A DNA stretch of 7,318 bases from a virus (Duplodnaviria > Heunggongvirae > Uroviricota > Caudoviricetes): the IMG/VR virus record IMGVR_UViG_2531839584_000021; one strand, given 5' to 3'. The translations under genes were made by a program, and so were the position numbers. The notes beneath the pieces are model-generated. The model was not told where the DNA came from and searched no databases. It saw only the letters and a list, made by a program, of their open reading frames with translations. Of this stretch, positions 1 to 7,318 are shown one piece after another (position 1 is the stretch's first letter; each line of letters begins with the position of its first letter).

Positions 1-3187
<3,187 letters not shown>

Positions 3188-3301
3188 GCCAGCTAACCAC
3201 TTCGCCGGGCGTCATCATGAAGATTTCGGCGGGCGACCAGTTAAAAATAACGGCAATATCTGCCACAAAGTCTTCTATGTGCTCAAAGCACACAACCGTG
3301 A

Positions 3302-3667
3302 TCAGGCTTCCGTCGCCTGTTCGTTCTTCCCGCCAGAGTCCGCACCGCTCAAAAAATTTACGGCAACCACACATAACTGAATAAAGTCACGGGATGCCAT
3401 TTTTTTGATCGTCACTTCATCCAGTCGCGGTGATGTCACGCGTGACAGCAGCGTAAACATGGATTCCGCTTTCAGATTCAGCACATCAGACAACGACAAA
3501 TCTCGCAGAGATCCAGCCTGCTCAATAGCTCCGGTGATCTCCACATACGTGATTTTTTCGCCGCCTCGCTCAATTGGTTGGGTAAGTTTTACGCCACGCT
3601 CACTGGTTTCTTTCACAGTGTCAGCAACGACCGTGTTTTCGGTATCGATGTTTTTCGTCTCTTTCAT
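3302..3667 (-). CDS. E: Phage tail assembly chaperone (P2 gpE-like), zero-frame product
   Basis: 121-aa ORF between the tube gene and the tape measure gene, the conserved position of the tail chaperone. SD-like AGGAG (complement of 3672-3676) about 4 nt upstream of ATG 3665-3667. Contains the slippery heptamer near its 3' end. Confidence 0.8.
   Translation of the reverse strand: MKETKNIDTENTVVADTVKETSERGVKLTQPIERGGEKITYVEITGAIEQAGSLRDLSLSDVLNLKAESMFTLLSRVTSPRLDEVTIKKMASRDFIQLCVVAVNFLSGADSGGKNEQATEA
3350..3356 (-). other. -1 programmed frameshift slippery heptamer TTTTTTG (E to E')
   Basis: Minus-strand sequence ...GCC GTA AAT TTT TTG AGC... in the E frame; the -1 frame continues as the E' ORF. 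Matches the X_XXY_YYZ rule and the P2 site. Confidence 0.7.
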
Positions 3668-3721
3668 CAGGAAACTCCTTTCAGTCAGAGGCGACGCACT
3701 GCGCCGCCTGCATATTACTTA

Positions 3722-4234
3722 TCAGCCAAGCCCAAGCGCGGAACGGATGCGATCGGGCACAATGTCCTTGCCGTCCTTCCGGTAAATGAAGTTCAGCAGG
3801 TCAATCTCCCACAACGGGCGATCGTTAACACTCAGCTTGTAGTAGGTGTTTTTAATGGCGTAAGTGTGTGATGTGGCTTCGCCCTGTTTGGCTTCCCCCA
3901 TATCAATTTCCGTCACACGTCCGCGCATTTCGACTTCATACAGGTCGCTTTCTGCATCGGTGTAGTATTCACCCGCAAAACGCAGCAGCGTGCCGTCAAT
4001 CGTGCCGCCATACTTCAGGAACAGCTCACGAACTGCGCCCCCCATGACAAAGCTCGCATCAAGCGCGGAGTCGTCCAGACCGAGATCAATACTTACCGCA
4101 CCCATCATGCCACCACCCCGGTAGCTGTCGGTTTTGCGCGTCAGCTTAGGCAGAGTGACGGACGTCACCTTACCCACTTCGTTTTCACCATCCACAAACA
4201 GCGTAAAAAAGCGAAGATGTTTTGGCACAGCCAT
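3722..4234 (-). CDS. FII: Phage major tail tube protein (P2 gpFII-like)
   Basis: 170-aa ORF; the N-terminus MAVPKHLRFFTLFVDGENEVGKVTSVTLPKLTRKTDSYRGGGM resembles the P2 FII N-terminus as I remember it (MALPRKLKYLNLFNDG...LPKLTRKTE..RG.GM). Its ATG overlaps the FI stop (TGATG, complement of 4232-4236), indicating translational coupling. Confidence 0.9.
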   Translation of the reverse strand: MAVPKHLRFFTLFVDGENEVGKVTSVTLPKLTRKTDSYRGGGMMGAVSIDLGLDDSALDASFVMGGAVRELFLKYGGTIDGTLLRFAGEYYTDAESDLYEVEMRGRVTEIDMGEAKQGEATSHTYAIKNTYYKLSVNDRPLWEIDLLNFIYRKDGKDIVPDRIRSALGLG

Positions 4235-5418
4235 CAGGCACCTCCCAGCACCGCAAATGCAGGTTCAAAGTATTCATCAGTAAACGTCTGGTAAAGCTCC
4301 ATGTCTTCCAGTGGCGGAACAGGCGTATATTTGTAGCGAATACGCACACGCCCCTGACGTAAATCCGTGGTGCTGTTATCCACCACGTCATACCAGCACT
4401 CCGCGCCAATCAGTTTCCCGGCAGTAACCAGTGAATCCAGTTTTGCCCTGATGGCACTGATAACATCCTTCACGTTCGCAGGCGTCAGTGGACTGTCGAT
4501 GGTTTCAAACTGCGCTTCTGCAATTGAATCAGCCAGCACCTGTGCGGTTCGGGTATACACCTCAAAGATGTAGGCGTTCGTTTCCGGTGTGCGGTTGCCC
4601 CAGAAGCGGAACCCGTTGCGACGAATAATGGTCGTGATTTCTTTGTTGTTGAGGCTGTTGGCATCACTGTCTTCGGCCTGCAACGACCAGAACACATGCC
4701 TGGACATTCCCAGCACATTTTTAACAGGAACGTTGGACAGCGATTTGTGCCAGCCCTGCTCATGGTCAATGTACGCACGAAGGCCGCACGCATAGGCAGG
4801 CGCGGGGAACGTTTCGTTTTTGCCACTTTTCGGGTTGTAGGCGATGAAGTCCGGCCATAAGAGCATCACCTCACGTTCGTTGAATTTCTGGCGGTAGGTA
4901 ATCGCCTCAGCCATCGTGTTACAGCCGTGACATGAGGCATACACAAACGCGCGCAGTTTACCCGCAATCACGCACAGGGATTTTGTTACCGCCTCCGTGT
5001 CCAGCTCCGGCGCGGCCAGAATACGCGGACGGTATCCGATGCTTTCATCCTGCTCTGCAACAAGCAGCGCATACATCCCCGTATAGCTGCCGTCAGATTC
5101 AGAACCACCGATAACCAGTTGATCCTGCGTTTTTCCGTCTTCTTCTTTGTGTTCAGCCACGCGAACGACGATCACCTTTGTGCTCACCTGGTCTGCGATG
5201 GCCTTAAGCGCACGATAAAGCGTCCCCGTTGTCCCGCATTTTCCCAGCACGTCATTGACGCGGGTCAGCAGTGTGGGCTTGTTCAGCGGGAACAGCTTCG
5301 CGTCCGCATCATCCGCCGTTGCCACGATACCGATAACGCTGGAATCAACATCGTTAATCGCTGTTACCAGGTCGGTATTTTCCGTAACACGGGCACCATG
5401 AAAACGAGTTTCACTCAT
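4234..5418 (-). CDS. FI: Phage contractile tail sheath protein (P2 gpFI-like)
   Basis: 394-aa ORF with characteristic sheath segments (FPLNKP, LRAFVYASCHGC, AYRQKF, WPDF, DHEQGWHKSLSNV, IRRNGFRFWGNRT, YTRTAQV, YKYTPVPPLED), close to the remembered P2 FI sequence and length (396 aa). SD-like AAGGGG about 9 nt upstream of ATG (5416-5418). Confidence 0.92.
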   Translation of the reverse strand: MSETRFHGARVTENTDLVTAINDVDSSVIGIVATADDADAKLFPLNKPTLLTRVNDVLGKCGTTGTLYRALKAIADQVSTKVIVVRVAEHKEEDGKTQDQLVIGGSESDGSYTGMYALLVAEQDESIGYRPRILAAPELDTEAVTKSLCVIAGKLRAFVYASCHGCNTMAEAITYRQKFNEREVMLLWPDFIAYNPKSGKNETFPAPAYACGLRAYIDHEQGWHKSLSNVPVKNVLGMSRHVFWSLQAEDSDANSLNNKEITTIIRRNGFRFWGNRTPETNAYIFEVYTRTAQVLADSIAEAQFETIDSPLTPANVKDVISAIRAKLDSLVTAGKLIGAECWYDVVDNSTTDLRQGRVRIRYKYTPVPPLEDMELYQTFTDEYFEPAFAVLGGA

Positions 5419-5575
5419 AGCTTCAGCCCCTTGTATCCGTTAAATGATTCGGCAACAATCATCACCCACCACGCGCGTAATCTCACCCCTGCGCCGTTCT
5501 CCCGCCACGGCGACAACAAAAAGCAGTAACCCCCTCCGCACGCACATGCGACCATGCCGCACAGGGAGGGAGCAG
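5419..5575. promoter_or_regulatory. Divergent intergenic region between FI (minus) and D (plus); presumed to hold promoters for both transcription units
   Basis: 157-bp non-coding spacer between divergent start codons; contains the SD sequences for both genes. No confident -10/-35 pair and no TGT-N12-ACA Ogr-type dyad could be placed by eye. Confidence 0.4.
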
Positions 5576-6685
5576 ATGACCGACACCACCATGCAATTGC
5601 TCAGTCAGGGCACAGACCCCGTAAAAATGCCGGATTTTGATATTCTCGCGGAGGGTAAAACGCTGTCAGGCGTGGCAGAGCGCCTGATGAGCCTGTCACT
5701 GACCGACAACCGGGGATTTGAGGCGGACCAGCTCACCATCACGCTGGATGATGCGGATGGTCAGTTGCTGCTACCGCCACGGGGCGCGCGCCTGACGGTT
5801 CTCATTGGCTGGAAAGGAGAACCGCTGACAGAAAAAGGCACTTACATTGTTGATGAAATCGCTCACGAAGGACCGCCGGACAGGCTGACTGTTTCAGCCA
5901 GAAGCGCAGATTTTCGGGATGAATTTAACGTTAAACGTGAGGTGTCCTGGCATGATGTGACCGTTGAGCGTGTGGTATCCGCCATCGCTCATCGGTATGG
6001 TCTGAAACCGCAAATCAGCGAAATGCTGATGGATATCGAAATCGACCACGCCGACCAGACCGAAGAAAGCGACATGTCCTTCCTTACGCGCATGGCGGAA
6101 ATGCTGGGCGCAATCACCACGGTAAAAAGCGGCAATCTGTTATTCATCATGCCCGGCGGTGGCGTGAACGCACAGGGCCAGCCGTTGCCATCGTTCGCCA
6201 TCACACGCAGCAGCGGCGATCGCCATCAGTTCCGCATTGCTGACCGCGAAGCGTATACGGGGGTACGCGCTTACTGGCTTGATCTTAATTACGGGAAAAA
6301 GAAAAAAGTCAGCGTGAAACGCCGCAAACCGCCAAAACCGAAAAAAGAGAAAAGCAGCAGCCGTGAAGGTGATTATATGGAAGGCGCGGAAGGCAATGTG
6401 TTTGTGTTACGCAAGACTTATCAGAACGAGCAGGCAGCAAGACGCGCAGCGGCGGCAAAGTGGCAACAACTACAACGCGGAGCCGCATCATTCTCCATCA
6501 CGCTGGCACGTGGACGAGCAGAACTCTACCCCGAAATGCATGGCACGGTAACAGGATTTAAAAGCGAGATTGATAATCAGGACTGGATTATTGCAAAAGC
6601 CGGGCACACCATTGATAACAGCGGCTTTACCACGCAGCTTGAGCTTGAGGCAAAAATCCCGGAATGGATAGCGGAAACAGAGTGA
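5576..6685 (+). CDS. D: Phage tail protein D (P2 gpD-like late/tail protein)
   Basis: ORF-track frame 5444-6685. I place the start at ATG 5576 (MTDTTMQLL...) because of the strong SD AGGGAGGG at 5563-5570 with 5-nt spacing. The protein has gpD-like segments (RLMSLSLTDNRGFEADQLTITLDDADGQ, GWKG, SARSADFR, SWHD, DQTEESDMSFLTRMAE, ITRSSGDRHQFRIADREAYTGV, a Lys/Arg-rich KKKKVSVKRRKPPKPKKEK linker, EGDYMEGAEGNVF, KWQQLQRG, SGFTTQLELE) that parallel P2 gpD as I remember it. Confidence 0.9.
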   Translation: MTDTTMQLLSQGTDPVKMPDFDILAEGKTLSGVAERLMSLSLTDNRGFEADQLTITLDDADGQLLLPPRGARLTVLIGWKGEPLTEKGTYIVDEIAHEGPPDRLTVSARSADFRDEFNVKREVSWHDVTVERVVSAIAHRYGLKPQISEMLMDIEIDHADQTEESDMSFLTRMAEMLGAITTVKSGNLLFIMPGGGVNAQGQPLPSFAITRSSGDRHQFRIADREAYTGVRAYWLDLNYGKKKKVSVKRRKPPKPKKEKSSSREGDYMEGAEGNVFVLRKTYQNEQAARRAAAAKWQQLQRGAASFSITLARGRAELYPEMHGTVTGFKSEIDNQDWIIAKAGHTIDNSGFTTQLELEAKIPEWIAETE

Positions 6686-6727
6686 GCAACTTAGAATAGC
6701 GGCAGCACCACGTTAAGGGAGGTCGCT

Positions 6728-6988
6728 ATGTTCCGTTGTCCGCTTTGTGGCGCATCTGCCCGTATCCGCACCAGTCGTCCGGAAAATGATTCAAACACCG
6801 TGCGGCAAAAGTATTACCAGTGTAACAACCTGGAATGCGGCGTATGCTTCTCAACACTGGAAGCTTTCCATAAATTCACATCGAAACACGCCTCCGGCGT
6901 TCACTCATCAGAAGGTATCCCGTGGCATGAGCTGCCAGCTTCACACAGGGGAAACAATCAGATGAGTTTGCCTTTACCTCAGAATTAA
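6728..6988 (+). CDS. ogr: Ogr/Delta-family zinc-finger late-gene transcriptional activator
   Basis: 86-aa ORF starting MFRCPLCGASARIRTSR...YYQCNNLECGVCF, i.e. a C-x2-C ... C-x4-C zinc-binding arrangement closely resembling P2 Ogr (MFHCPLC...YHQCQNVNCSATF). SD AGGGAGG at 6716-6722, 5 nt before the ATG. It sits immediately after D, as in P2. Confidence 0.85.
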   Translation: MFRCPLCGASARIRTSRPENDSNTVRQKYYQCNNLECGVCFSTLEAFHKFTSKHASGVHSSEGIPWHELPASHRGNNQMSLPLPQN

Positions 6989-7177
6989 CAGGCAGAATTG
7001 CCGGAGTAACAAAAAAGCGATAGATTACGTGCGGGTGCCTTTCGGCTGATGGTCGGAGGGAATACCCGAAGGCCGGATGTGGAAAGGCCCCGGAAAACAT
7101 TTCTGTTTAACCGAGGCCCTAACCCGTCAACCTAGCAAGTGATAGGTTAGCGCCTCTCCAACAAAGGAGCAAGCGCT
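6989..7177. promoter_or_regulatory. ogr-hok intergenic region: presumed hok mRNA leader and possible antisense (Sok-like) RNA locus; possible prophage right-end junction
   Basis: 189-bp non-coding stretch upstream of the hok-like ORF. It contains the hok SD AAAGGAG (7163-7169) and GC-rich short palindromes. Hok-family loci normally have a structured leader and a cis-encoded antisense RNA; none could be mapped precisely by eye. Confidence 0.3.
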
Positions 7178-7318
7178 ATGTCGCAAAAATCGCTTACGGC
7201 CATCACGTTCTGCGTGACGGTAATCCTCATCATCTGGATGCTGCACGGTTCGCTGTGTGAAATACGGATGAGCTTCTGGGGAGCGGAGTTTGCGGCGTTC
7301 TTACAGTGTAAGCAGTAA
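7178..7318 (+). CDS. hok: Hok/Gef-family type I toxin (small membrane peptide), 46 aa; the ORF ends exactly at the window edge
   Basis: Below the ORF-track length cutoff and found by manual translation: MSQKSLTAITFCVTVILIIWMLHGSLCEIRMSFWGAEFAAFLQCKQ*. It has an N-terminal hydrophobic helix followed by the family signature SLCE[IL] and a C-terminal E.AAFL.CK, aligning well with E. coli HokA (MPQKYRLLSLIVICFTLLFFTWMIRDSLCELHIKQESYELAAFLACKLKE). SD AAAGGAG is 8 nt upstream; stop TAA at 7316-7318. Confidence 0.75.
   Translation: MSQKSLTAITFCVTVILIIWMLHGSLCEIRMSFWGAEFAAFLQCKQ

Noticed and set aside
3405-3871. Plus-strand ORFs 3405-3785 and 3578-3871 opposite E and FII
   Set aside because: Antisense to confidently assigned chaperone and tube genes; no start-site support.
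4185-5529. ORFs overlapping the sheath gene (4185-4409 minus, 4367-4573 plus, 4485-4826 minus, 4589-4795 plus, 4932-5114 plus, 5119-5529 plus)
   Set aside because: All are alternative-frame or antisense overlaps of the sheath gene, which has strong family-level sequence features; none has independent support.
5444-5575. Upstream ATG at 5444 as the start of gene D
   Set aside because: No SD precedes 5444, and the N-terminal extension (MIRQQSSPTTRVISPLRRSPATATT...) is low-complexity and would overlap the FI promoter region. ATG 5576 has a strong AGGGAGGG SD at optimal spacing.
6293-6350. A-rich run in D (GGGAAAAAGAAAAAAG...) as a possible second frameshift or slippage site
   Set aside because: It encodes the Lys/Arg-rich linker that gpD proteins normally have; the zero frame stays open through to a well-conserved C-terminal domain, so no recoding is needed.
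5989-6551. ORFs within D (5989-6204 minus, 6309-6491 minus, 6363-6551 plus)
   Set aside because: Embedded in or antisense to the D coding region; the 6363 ORF arises from the A-rich Lys-codon stretch; no support.
6747-7100. ORF 6747-6965 (plus, alternative frame of ogr) and ORF 6876-7100 (minus, antisense to the ogr 3' end and spacer)
   Set aside because: The ogr frame carries the zinc-finger signature and an SD; the alternative frame does not. The minus-strand ORF has no SD or recognisable features. An antisense regulatory RNA in this area cannot be excluded, but a protein-coding call is not supported.
7048-7134. Short plus-strand ORF (28 codons from ATG 7048) as a possible mok-like frame for hok
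   Set aside because: It terminates at 7132-7134, before hok, so it does not overlap the toxin as mok does.

Overview
This window is the tail-gene end of a P2-like (Peduovirus-type) prophage or prophage remnant in an enterobacterial background, bounded on the left by the right end of an IS21-family insertion sequence. Left to right: the 3' part of an istB gene (IS100-like) with the IS terminus at about 375; then on the minus strand a P2-type late tail block of sheath (FI), tube (FII), chaperone E with its -1 frameshift extension E+E', and a 944-aa tape measure gene (T) whose last codons and stop lie inside the IS terminus. Divergently on the plus strand are tail protein D, an Ogr/Delta-type zinc-finger late activator, and a short Hok/Gef-family type I toxin ORF (46 aa, missing from the ORF track) that ends exactly at the window edge. 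The most notable points are the IS abutting or truncating T, the non-canonical gene order (P2 has FI-FII-E-T-U-D-ogr on one strand; here D and ogr diverge from FI and no gpU is present), and the hok-like toxin next to ogr. No tRNA, rRNA or CRISPR array was recognised. All family assignments rest on reading the translations against remembered family features; no database search was run.
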